From positions 1 through 35,888 of the forward strand of contig CANFKN010000001.1 of assembly GCA_947447385.1 (NCBI GenBank): 35,888 nucleotides of DNA, given 5' to 3'. The translations under genes were made by a program, and so were the position numbers. Each line of letters opens with the position of its first letter. Within the stretch, counting starts at the first letter, position 1. Positions 27,710-35,888 of this stretch are shown here, in pieces. The notes beneath the pieces were generated by a model that saw only the letters and a program-made list of their open reading frames with translations, ran no database searches and was not told where the DNA came from. The stretch comes from Microbacteriaceae bacterium (GTDB lineage: Bacteria > Actinomycetota > Actinomycetes > Actinomycetales > Microbacteriaceae).

Positions 27710-29038
27710 CTAAGCGACCGGCTTGATGATGTCAGCGAAGATGAAAAGCAGGCTCATGCCCATGAGAACCAACCACATCGCGTAGGTCAGCGGCACAAGC
27801 TTGGTTAGGTCAACCGGGCCGCGCCAAACTTTGCGGCGAATCTTGAAAACGAGTCGCTTGATGCTTTCGTAGATAGCAGCAGCCATGTGGCCACCGTCAA
27901 GTGGCAATAGCGGAATCAGGTTGAAGATAAACAGGGCGAAGTTGAGCGAGGCCAAAATGCTCAGCCCGGCCGCAAACTTTTGCGCCAGGTCGAGCTCGGG
28001 GCTGCTAGCCACCTGGCCTGCGATTTGGCCAACACCGAGCAGTGAGACTGGGCCGTTGGCGTCACGAGTGCCACCGCCGAAAGTTGCGCCGGCCATCTGA
28101 GCGACTTCGCCTGGCAGCGCAATGATCATGTTTGCTGTGCCCGAGAGCTGTGCGCCAATTTCACCAACGATTTGAGTGCCGCTCGAAGGCAACATCGTGG
28201 GTTTGAGTTGAACACCAATGAACGGGTGAAGCTCAGTCATTGGCTTGCCGTCGGCATCGTTCATAGGCTTGCCAGCGGCGTCATAAATTGGCACGCGCAT
28301 TGCAACTGGCGAAACCGTGAGGTCAACGGTTTTGTCGCCGCGCAACACCTGCACCGAAGTTGAGATGCCGACGCGCTTTGTCAACTCGCCACTGATGTCG
28401 CTCCAGCGAGAAGCCGCAATGCCGTTGAACGAGAGAACTCTGTCGCCGGTTTGAATGCCAGCAGTTTTGGCTGGGCTAATCGGGTCGCTAACAACACATT
28501 CAAACTTCACTTGGTCGCTTGGCACACAGTCGTAAACCTTGGCAATCGTGGTGCCCATGGCCGGGGTGCCGATGACTCCGAGCGCTAAGAACAGCAAAAC
28601 TGAACCAAAAACCAGGTTCATGAACGGGCCACCGAACATGATGATCAGACGTTTGAAAATCGGCAGGCTCGAGAACCAGCGCTCTTTGGGCACGGCACCA
28701 GATTGTTCAGCGTTAGCTTCGCGAGCCTGGTCAACCAGGTCGCGCCAAAACTTTGGGGCACGAACGCGGGAGGGCTTTTTGCCGTCATCGATTGGTTTTG
28801 CCGGAAACATGCCAATCATTGCGATGTAACCGCCGAGTGGAATCGCCTTGAAGCCATATTCGGTTTCGCCACGGCGCCAAGACTTGATGGTTGGGCCAAA
28901 CCCGATCATGTACTTAGTGACCAAAACGCCGAACTTCTTGGCCGGATACATGTGGCCAAGTTCGTGAATGGCGATTGACGCGCCAACGCCAACCATCAGC
29001 AAGACGACACCAAGAATAAAGAGCAAAGTTTGATTCAC
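27710..29038 (-). CDS. rseP: M50 site-2 intramembrane metalloprotease with PDZ domain (RseP/Rip1-like)
   Basis: HELGH, IPLGGY, GGPFMN and NLIPLLPLDGGH motifs; dxr-rseP-ispG synteny. Confidence 0.92.
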   Translation of the reverse strand: MNQTLLFILGVVLLMVGVGASIAIHELGHMYPAKKFGVLVTKYMIGFGPTIKSWRRGETEYGFKAIPLGGYIAMIGMFPAKPIDDGKKPSRVRAPKFWRDLVDQAREANAEQSGAVPKERWFSSLPIFKRLIIMFGGPFMNLVFGSVLLFLALGVIGTPAMGTTIAKVYDCVPSDQVKFECVVSDPISPAKTAGIQTGDRVLSFNGIAASRWSDISGELTKRVGISTSVQVLRGDKTVDLTVSPVAMRVPIYDAAGKPMNDADGKPMTELHPFIGVQLKPTMLPSSGTQIVGEIGAQLSGTANMIIALPGEVAQMAGATFGGGTRDANGPVSLLGVGQIAGQVASSPELDLAQKFAAGLSILASLNFALFIFNLIPLLPLDGGHMAAAIYESIKRLVFKIRRKVWRGPVDLTKLVPLTYAMWLVLMGMSLLFIFADIIKPVA

Positions 29039-29111
29039 GTTTCAACGCTAACTGATGGTGCTGACAATTTGGCTAAGATTTATGCCCAAGACTGATGCCC
29101 TCGGCGAACAA

Positions 29112-30203
29112 CTAGCAGGCCGTGGCCATCTGCGCCTCGGCACGGTCGCGCGCCCAAGTTTCGGCAGCCAGCACGGCACTCAAGCTCAAAACTGGGTCAG
29201 CCGTGTGGGCGTCAACGACGCGCTCAACCACATCAACAATCTGATTGAAACCGATGCGCCCAGCGTGAAAAGCCTCAACGGCCTGCTCATTTGCGGCGTT
29301 GTAAACCGCAGGGTAGGTCAAGCCGGCAGCCCCAACTTGGCGGGCCAGGCGCACCGCACCAAAGACAGTTTCATCGAGTGGCTCGAACGTCCAGGTGGCT
29401 GCCTGTGTGAAGTCGCAGGCCGGCGCAACGTTTGGCACGCGCTCAGGCCATGACATACCGAGGGCGATCGGCAGCTTCATGGTTGGCGGCGAGCATTGCG
29501 CGAGAACCGACCCATCAACGAACTCAACCATCGAGTGCACAATCGACTGCGGGTGAACCGTGACGGCGATTCGGTCAAACGGAATGTCGAAGAGCAAATG
29601 TGCTTCGATAATTTCTAGTCCCTTATTGACCAGGGTTGCTGAGTTGGTCGTGACAACTTTGCCCATCACCCAGGTTGGGTGAGCCAAAGCCATCGCCGGC
29701 GTTACCTCTTGCATTCGCTCGCGCGACCAACCGCGAAACGGGCCGCCCGATGCGGTGAGAATCAATTTTTGAACTTCGGATGCCCCTCCGGCGAGCAAAC
29801 ATTGCGCCAAAGCCGAGTGTTCGCTGTCAACCGGCACGATCTGGCCAGGCTTGGCTGCCTCGGTAACCAGACGGCCGCCGACGATTAGCGACTCTTTGTT
29901 GGCCAGGGCAAGTGTCTTGCCCGTTTTGAGTGCAGCCAGGGTCGGCGCCAAGCCGATTGAACCAGTGATGCCGTTGACCACCACGTCGGCATCCGTTTCT
30001 TCAACAAGTCTTGTGGCGGCTTCAGCACCCAAAACCGCCTTGTCAGCAGGCACACCAAACTCAAGGCGTTGCTGTTCGAGCAACTCAGTGTTGCTGCCGG
30101 CAGCGAGGCCAACGACTTTGAAACGGTCAGGGTTGGCGGCGATCACCTCAAGAGCTTGAGTGCCAATTGAACCGGTTGAACCAAGAATGATTACGCTGCG
30201 CAT
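29112..30203 (-). CDS. dxr: 1-deoxy-D-xylulose-5-phosphate reductoisomerase
   Basis: [34 protein letters not shown] and NKGLE motifs. Confidence 0.97.
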   Translation of the reverse strand: MRSVIILGSTGSIGTQALEVIAANPDRFKVVGLAAGSNTELLEQQRLEFGVPADKAVLGAEAATRLVEETDADVVVNGITGSIGLAPTLAALKTGKTLALANKESLIVGGRLVTEAAKPGQIVPVDSEHSALAQCLLAGGASEVQKLILTASGGPFRGWSRERMQEVTPAMALAHPTWVMGKVVTTNSATLVNKGLEIIEAHLLFDIPFDRIAVTVHPQSIVHSMVEFVDGSVLAQCSPPTMKLPIALGMSWPERVPNVAPACDFTQAATWTFEPLDETVFGAVRLARQVGAAGLTYPAVYNAANEQAVEAFHAGRIGFNQIVDVVERVVDAHTADPVLSLSAVLAAETWARDRAEAQMATAC

Positions 30204-30325
30204 GCTTTCATATTGCCACCTGATTTGCCCTCGAAATGTGCTTGGGCTTGGGGTTGCCTGAAATCTTTTGGCGGGTTGGGCAGTTGGCTGCCTCTTAGGC
30301 TCAAGGCAGGCATAGACTTTTATTT

Positions 30326-31660
30326 ATGAGCGAATTCACTATCGCGCAAGAGCGCAAAGTTGTTACTGAGATTCCTGGCCCAAAATCAAAAGCTCTTCAA
30401 GCTGAACGCGTCAAAGCGGTTGGCGCGGGTGTTGGCACCGCACTGGGCATTTTTGTTGAGAAAGCGAACGGCGCAATCATCGTTGACGCCGACGGCAACC
30501 ACATCATCGACCTCGGCTCAGGCATTGGTGTTACCACCATCGGTCACACCAACGCGGGTGTCATCGAAGCCGTCAGCAAGCAGGTTGCTGAGCTAACCCA
30601 CACACTTTTCACCTTGACCCCATATCAGCAATATGTTGAGGTTTGCCAGATTCTAAACGCCCACATGCCGGGCAACTTCGCTAAGAAGTCAGCGCTCTTC
30701 AACTCAGGTTCTGAGGCTGTTGAAAACGCCGTGAAGATTGCTCGCAAGTTCACCGGCCGCGGCGAAATCGCCGTTTTTGACCACGGATACCACGGTCGCA
30801 CCAACCTCACCATGGCGATGAACTTCAAGGCGATGCCTTATGCCTCTGGCTTTGGTCCGTTTGCACCTGGTGTTACCCACGTGCCAATGAGCTACCCGCT
30901 GCGCGACCCTGAGGGTCTAACCGGCGAGCAGGCTGCTGCGCGCTCAATCACCTACCTAGAAAAGCGAATCGGCGCTGAGAACCTCGCCGCAATCGTGATC
31001 GAGCCGATTCAGGGTGAAGGTGGCTTTATTGTGCCCGCCCCTGGTTTCTTGACCGCACTTTCAAACTGGGCTCACGAAAACGGCATCGTCGTCGTTGCCG
31101 ATGAGGTTCAGGCAGGCATCGCCCGCACTGGCCAGTGGTTCGCGAGCGAGTTCGAGCCAACTTTTGAGCCTGACCTAATGACAATTGCCAAGGGCATTGC
31201 CGGCGGCATGCCGATTTCGGCTGTTACCGGTCGCGCCGAAATCATGGATGCCTCACACGCTGGCGGCATCGGCGGCACCTTTGGTGGCAACCCGGTTTCA
31301 GCTGCCGCCGCAGTTGCGGTTTTGCGTCAAATCGAAGCCGGTGGCGTGCTCGAAGAAGCCAAGCGTGTTGAAGGCATTCTTTATTCTCGTCTCGAAGCCA
31401 TGAAGGCAAAGTACCCTCAGATCGCTCAGATTCGCGGCCGCGGTGCAATGGTTGCAATCGAGCTCGTTGAGCCTGGCACCTTGAACCCAAACCCTGCCGC
31501 CGTGAACTCACTCGTTGCTCACTGCCACAAGAACGGTGTTCTGATTTTGAACGCCGGCACCTACAACAATGTGATTCGTTTCTTGCCTTCGTTGGCCATC
31601 ACCAACGAACTCTTGAACGACGCACTTGACGTTTTAGAAGCCGGTCTCGCAGCTCTATAA
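30326..31660 (+). CDS. gabT: 4-aminobutyrate--2-oxoglutarate transaminase
   Basis: NSGSEAVENAVKIAR, YHGRT, EPIQGEGG, DEVQAG, PLP lysine in TIAKG, and GGTFGGNP. Confidence 0.88.
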   Translation: MSEFTIAQERKVVTEIPGPKSKALQAERVKAVGAGVGTALGIFVEKANGAIIVDADGNHIIDLGSGIGVTTIGHTNAGVIEAVSKQVAELTHTLFTLTPYQQYVEVCQILNAHMPGNFAKKSALFNSGSEAVENAVKIARKFTGRGEIAVFDHGYHGRTNLTMAMNFKAMPYASGFGPFAPGVTHVPMSYPLRDPEGLTGEQAAARSITYLEKRIGAENLAAIVIEPIQGEGGFIVPAPGFLTALSNWAHENGIVVVADEVQAGIARTGQWFASEFEPTFEPDLMTIAKGIAGGMPISAVTGRAEIMDASHAGGIGGTFGGNPVSAAAAVAVLRQIEAGGVLEEAKRVEGILYSRLEAMKAKYPQIAQIRGRGAMVAIELVEPGTLNPNPAAVNSLVAHCHKNGVLILNAGTYNNVIRFLPSLAITNELLNDALDVLEAGLAAL

Positions 31661-31732
31661 CCACACAACCGCCCACCTAACGGAGGCCGGCGAATGGGCG
31701 GGAATCCGTGCGAAAAGAATCAAAGGTGATTC

Positions 31733-33121
31733 ATGTCACACAGTGCTAACTCGAACAGCGCGCAAGTGCGCTATGCCGACCGCGAAAAGCTAGCGCGCCT
31801 CTATGACATCGAGGTGCAGCGCTTTGTAGCCGCACACCCAGAGTCGGCCAAGGCTCACGCGGTCGCAGCCGGCCCGATGATGAACGGCGTGCCAATGTCG
31901 TGGATGGCCAAGTGGCCAGGCCCGCACCCGGTCTATGTGGCAACCGCTAAAGGCTCGCGTTTCACCGACGTCGATGGCATTGAATATGTTGACTTTTGTT
32001 TGGGCGACACCGGTTCAATGGTGGGCCACTCCCCCGACGCATCAGTGGCAGCTATCGCTAAGCAGCTGGCTCAAGGCATAACTTTTATGCTGCCGACAGC
32101 CGACGCGACCGTGGCTGCGGCAACTCTGGCCGAGCGATTTGGCCTGCCGAAGTGGCAGTTCACGCTCACCGCTACCGACGCTAACCGCCACATCATTCGT
32201 TATGCCCGCCACGTGACTGGTCGCCGCAAGATTTTGGTGCACGACTTTTGCTATCACGGCACTGTTGACGAAACCTTTGCCAACCTAGATGACGCCGGCA
32301 ACACAGTCAGCCGCGAAAATAACATCGGTGCCCCATTTGATGTCGCCGAAACCACCATCGTCGTGCCTTTCAACGACCTAGCTGCTGCTGAAGCAGCCTT
32401 TGCGACCGGCGAAGTCGCTGCCGCGCTAATCGAGCCAGCGATGACAAACATCGGCATCGTTTTGCCTGAACCTGGCTATCTTGAGGGCTTGCGAGAGCTC
32501 GCAACCAAATATGGCGTTGTTCTGATTCACGATGAAACCCACACTTTGAGCGAAGGTGTTGGTGGCATGACCGCGCGTCGTGCGCTTAGCCCTGACGCCG
32601 TAGTTCTAGGCAAAACCATTGGTGCGGGCATTCCGGCCGGAGCTTTTGGCATGAGCCAGGAGCTCACTGACCGCGTGCTGGGCAACGTTCACCTCGAGCA
32701 CATTGACGTTGGGGGTGTTGGCGGCACCTTGGCTGGCAACGCGCTTTCAATGGCTGCGGTTCGCGCAACCCTAACCGAGGTTTTGACCGCCGACGCTTTC
32801 GTTGCCATGGAGGCTCTCTGCGACATCTTCACCGCAGACGTGCAAGGCATTCTCGACAAATACAACGCGCCTTGGCAGGTTTCGCAACTCGGGTGCCGCG
32901 CTGAATACAGCTTCAGACCAACCGCGCCGCTGAATGGCCGTGAGGCTGCAGATGCCGACGACTTTGAGTTGCAGCAGTTCTTGCACCTGCACGCAATCAA
33001 CCGCGGCATTTTGATGACGCCGTTTCACAACATGGCGTTGATGTCACCGGCTCACACTTTGGCTGACGTCAAACGTCACACCGAGCACTTCGAAGAGGCT
33101 GTCGCCGCGCTGTTTGGTTAG
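31733..33121 (+). CDS. Class-III PLP aminotransferase of the GSA-aminomutase-like branch, substrate unknown
   Basis: GVPMSWM, DFCLGDTG, YHG, DETHT, PLP lysine in LGKTIGAG and GTLAGN; SD AAAGGTGA. Confidence 0.85.
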   Translation: MSHSANSNSAQVRYADREKLARLYDIEVQRFVAAHPESAKAHAVAAGPMMNGVPMSWMAKWPGPHPVYVATAKGSRFTDVDGIEYVDFCLGDTGSMVGHSPDASVAAIAKQLAQGITFMLPTADATVAAATLAERFGLPKWQFTLTATDANRHIIRYARHVTGRRKILVHDFCYHGTVDETFANLDDAGNTVSRENNIGAPFDVAETTIVVPFNDLAAAEAAFATGEVAAALIEPAMTNIGIVLPEPGYLEGLRELATKYGVVLIHDETHTLSEGVGGMTARRALSPDAVVLGKTIGAGIPAGAFGMSQELTDRVLGNVHLEHIDVGGVGGTLAGNALSMAAVRATLTEVLTADAFVAMEALCDIFTADVQGILDKYNAPWQVSQLGCRAEYSFRPTAPLNGREAADADDFELQQFLHLHAINRGILMTPFHNMALMSPAHTLADVKRHTEHFEEAVAALFG

Positions 33122-33951
33122 GCGCTGTACTTCTTGCGGCGGGCGGCAGAGACAACCTGCATGCCGATTACAACTGTGATCGCGATTAGAAACACTGCCG
33201 AGCTGACCACGTTTGCCTCAGCCGGCACGCCACGTGCTGCCGAAACATAAACGAAGAGCGGAAAAGTCTTGGTCGAGCCGTTGTTGAAGTAGGTGATGAT
33301 GAAGTCATCAAAGCTCAGCGCGAAAGAAAGCAATGCAGCTGAGATGATGCCTGGCAACAAAAGTGGCAAGGTGACCTTCATGAAAACCTTGAACGGGTTG
33401 GCATAGAGGTCGCGAGCGGCTTCTTCAAGAACCGGGTCAAGGGTTTGAACACGAGCCTTGACAGTGACCACCACGAAGCTGATGCAAAACATGATGTGGG
33501 CAATGATGATGGTGGTCATGCCAAACTCGGTGCCCGAGTTGAAGAACAAAGCCGCCAAACCAGCACCCATAACGATTTCTGGGGTTGCCATCGGCAAGAA
33601 CAACAGCAAGCTGACGAGTGAACGAGCCCTGAAACGGTAGCGAACCAAAGCAATCGCCATCATCGTGCCGATGATTGTCGAAGCCAAAGTTGAAACGCCG
33701 CCGATGAAGAACGAGTTGCCAACCGAGGCGCAGATGCCAGGCTGGTCGCAAAGGTTTGTCCAGTGGTGAAGGGTGAAGCCCTCCCACACGGTATTTGAAC
33801 GCACCGAGTCATTGAACGAGAAAACGATTGTATAAACGATCGGTGTGAGCAAAAAGACTAGGGCAACCGCTGTGTAAACCCAAAGCAAAGAGTCGCTGAT
33901 GCGAATCTTGCGTGCGTTGCGAGCTGCTGGTTTTGCAGTAATCGAGGTCAT
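33118..33951 (-). CDS. potC: Polyamine ABC transporter permease (PotC-like)
   Basis: FSFN, LEEAARDLYA and FALSFDDF motifs; ATGA-coupled to the upstream permease. Confidence 0.82.
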   Translation of the reverse strand: MTSITAKPAARNARKIRISDSLLWVYTAVALVFLLTPIVYTIVFSFNDSVRSNTVWEGFTLHHWTNLCDQPGICASVGNSFFIGGVSTLASTIIGTMMAIALVRYRFRARSLVSLLLFLPMATPEIVMGAGLAALFFNSGTEFGMTTIIIAHIMFCISFVVVTVKARVQTLDPVLEEAARDLYANPFKVFMKVTLPLLLPGIISAALLSFALSFDDFIITYFNNGSTKTFPLFVYVSAARGVPAEANVVSSAVFLIAITVVIGMQVVSAARRKKYSA

Positions 33952-34901
33952 AGAAGCTCCTCAGTGCCGGCGCGACGAACATAGAGAGAAACCAAAATCA
34001 GAATCGTTGCCATGAGAAGCACTGAAAGTGCCGACGCATAAGGGTAGTTTTGGTTCGCCAAGAAGTCTTGGTCAACCATGTTGCCAATCATCGAGGTGTC
34101 GGGTGCGCCTAAGAACTCTTTGCTGGCGTTGACGTAGTCACCGGCGATAGGAATGAACGTGAGCAGCGTGCCCGAAACCACACCTGGCATCGAAAGTGGC
34201 AGAGTGATCTTGGTGAAAACTTTGAACGGGCTTGCATAAAGGTCACTGCCCGCTTCAAGAAGTCGGCCGTCAAGTCGCTCGAGCGTCGTATAAATCGGCA
34301 ATGTCATAAATGGAATGAAGTTGTAGGTCAGACCAAAGACCACCGCTGCTGGGGTGCCGATGAAATAACCACCGTGCGCCACTAAACCGAGGTTCTGAAG
34401 CACATCAAGCAGTGGTGAGCCTTGAGCTAAAAGTTGCTTCCAGGCAACTGTGCGCAGCAAAAAGCTGATAAAAAACGGCGCAATAACCAAAATCAATGTC
34501 ATTCGCTGAAGCAACGGCCAACGACGCACCTTCACACCAACAAAATATGCCAACGGATAACTGATTAGCAGCGCAAAGATTGTGGCAAGCAATGCATAGC
34601 CAAACGACCTGAAAATCTGCAGGCTGTATTTGACTGCAACGTCGGCAAAGTTTTGAAAATTAAGGTCATAAACATATGCACCAATGGCATAGCTAGGGTC
34701 TGGGCTTTCAAGCGCTGTGACAACAAGTTGAACCAGCGGGGTTAAGAAAAAGAGCGAAAGATAAATAAGACCGGGCGCGAGCAAAATGCCGGCAACCCAA
34801 GCGCCCTTGCGGTCGCCCTTCAACGCACTCTTTGATGCACCTTTTGAGTTGCGTTTTGAACCACCCTTTGAAGGGCTAGCCGAAAAACCTGCGATGGCCA
34901 C
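33948..34901 (-). CDS. potB: Polyamine ABC transporter permease (PotB-like)
   Basis: SYPLAY, PFFISFLLRTVAW, YNFIPFMTLPIY and LTFIP motifs. Confidence 0.82.
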   Translation of the reverse strand: MAIAGFSASPSKGGSKRNSKGASKSALKGDRKGAWVAGILLAPGLIYLSLFFLTPLVQLVVTALESPDPSYAIGAYVYDLNFQNFADVAVKYSLQIFRSFGYALLATIFALLISYPLAYFVGVKVRRWPLLQRMTLILVIAPFFISFLLRTVAWKQLLAQGSPLLDVLQNLGLVAHGGYFIGTPAAVVFGLTYNFIPFMTLPIYTTLERLDGRLLEAGSDLYASPFKVFTKITLPLSMPGVVSGTLLTFIPIAGDYVNASKEFLGAPDTSMIGNMVDQDFLANQNYPYASALSVLLMATILILVSLYVRRAGTEELL

Positions 34902-34903
34902 GA

Positions 34904-35887
34904 TTAGACTTCTTCGGTGCCAACAGGCAGGTCAGCCAAGCCAAATGTGTGCTCAACTTTGAAGCTGACCCAAACATTTGCGCCAAGCTCAACGACCGGG
35001 CTCTTGCCAACGTTTTGAGCAAAAACGGTTACCTCGCCGACATTTGGAATATCGATTAGGTACTGGTTGCTCACGCCGGTGAAGCGAATATCGATAATTT
35101 CACCTGGGCCGAGAATGTTTACGCCGGCTGAAGCAGCTGGTGCGGTTTCGTGAAACTGCGCCTTTTCAGGTCGAACACCCACAGCAATCTTGCCGGCAGT
35201 CTTCTCAGCGCGCGCCGTTGGCACGGTGATTTTGTTGCCGTTTAGGTTGATGCTAACAGCACTGTCGTTGGTCTCAACAACTTCGCCAACAAAAAGGTTT
35301 GACTGGCCCAAAAACTTCGAAACGAAGGCAGTTTTTGGTCGATCATAGAGGGCTTCTGGAGCACCCATCTGTTCGATGCGACCCTTGTTCATTACCGCAA
35401 CGGTGTCTGCCATATCCATGGCTTCTTCTTGGTCGTGGGTAACGTGCAAGAAGGTGAGGCCAACTTCAATCTGAATTGCCTTCAACTCGATTTGCATTTG
35501 GCGACGCAACTTGAGGTCAAGCGCACCGAGTGGCTCATCTAGCAGCAAAAGCGATGGGCGGTTAACAATGGCACGGGCCAGTGCAACACGCTGCTGCTGA
35601 CCACCTGAGAGCTGCTGTGGTCTGCGGTCTGCCAAGTGGCCAAGCTCTACAAGTGCTAGAGCGTCTTGAGCTTTCTTTAGCGGCTCGTCGACCTTGCGCT
35701 GGCGCAAACCAAAGGCAACGTTGTCAAGAACACTCATGTGCGGAAACAAGGCGTAACTCTGAAAAACGGTGTTCACTGCCCGCTGGTGCGGCTTAGTGTC
35801 GGTGATGTCTTCGCCACCGAGAAACACACGACCAGAGGTTGGGGTTTCAAGACCAGCCACAATTCGCAAAGTTGTGGTCTTGCCACA
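34904..35887 (-). CDS. potA: Polyamine ABC transporter ATP-binding protein (PotA-like), 5' end beyond the window
   Basis: The frame is open to the edge and begins within Walker A (CGKTT). [29 protein letters not shown] and a TOBE-like C-terminus follow. Confidence 0.85.
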   Translation of the reverse strand, partial: CGKTTTLRIVAGLETPTSGRVFLGGEDITDTKPHQRAVNTVFQSYALFPHMSVLDNVAFGLRQRKVDEPLKKAQDALALVELGHLADRRPQQLSGGQQQRVALARAIVNRPSLLLLDEPLGALDLKLRRQMQIELKAIQIEVGLTFLHVTHDQEEAMDMADTVAVMNKGRIEQMGAPEALYDRPKTAFVSKFLGQSNLFVGEVVETNDSAVSINLNGNKITVPTARAEKTAGKIAVGVRPEKAQFHETAPAASAGVNILGPGEIIDIRFTGVSNQYLIDIPNVGEVTVFAQNVGKSPVVELGANVWVSFKVEHTFGLADLPVGTEEV

Positions 35888-35888
35888 A

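Noticed and set aside
31669-31701. CCGCCCA/TGGGCGG inverted repeat after gabT as a terminator
   Set aside because: The loop is large and there is no U-tract; at most an mRNA-stabilising stem.
31733-33121. Calling the second aminotransferase hemL
   Set aside because: It lacks the HemL GGVNSPVR and NSGTEA motifs, and its context is polyamine rather than tetrapyrrole genes.
34904-35888. potA as a pseudogene lacking Walker A
   Set aside because: The frame is open to the window edge and includes CGKTT; it is simply truncated by the window.

Overview
A housekeeping-rich chromosomal segment from an actinobacterium. Protein style, gene order and moderate GC point to Microbacteriaceae, probably a streamlined Rhodoluna/Aquiluna-like lineage (inference). 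Most genes are on the minus strand: potA'BC, dxr-rseP-ispG-proS-nusA-ylxR-infB-rbfA-truB, a membrane protein, pstCAB plus a degenerate PstS-like lipoprotein, a membrane protein-ribF pair, an acidic repeat protein, DUF805, rpsO, pnp-M16 peptidase-dapB, thyX and dapA-rnj. Plus-strand genes are a STAS-less SulP, a thioredoxin-DUF4395 pair, gabT and a second class-III aminotransferase. I saw no rRNA, tRNA, CRISPR array or mobile element. The most striking signal is the ~80-nt gap between ylxR and infB. It holds a chain of three stop/start-overlapped mini-ORFs running into two mutually exclusive hairpins, one of which pairs with the infB Shine-Dalgarno, so it is a candidate reinitiation-sensing switch for IF2. 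Other highlights are a pst operon whose only binding protein lacks the phosphate-binding motifs, widespread leaderless promoters, and an OmpR-family box upstream of an orphan acidic repeat protein. All calls are by eye, without database searches.
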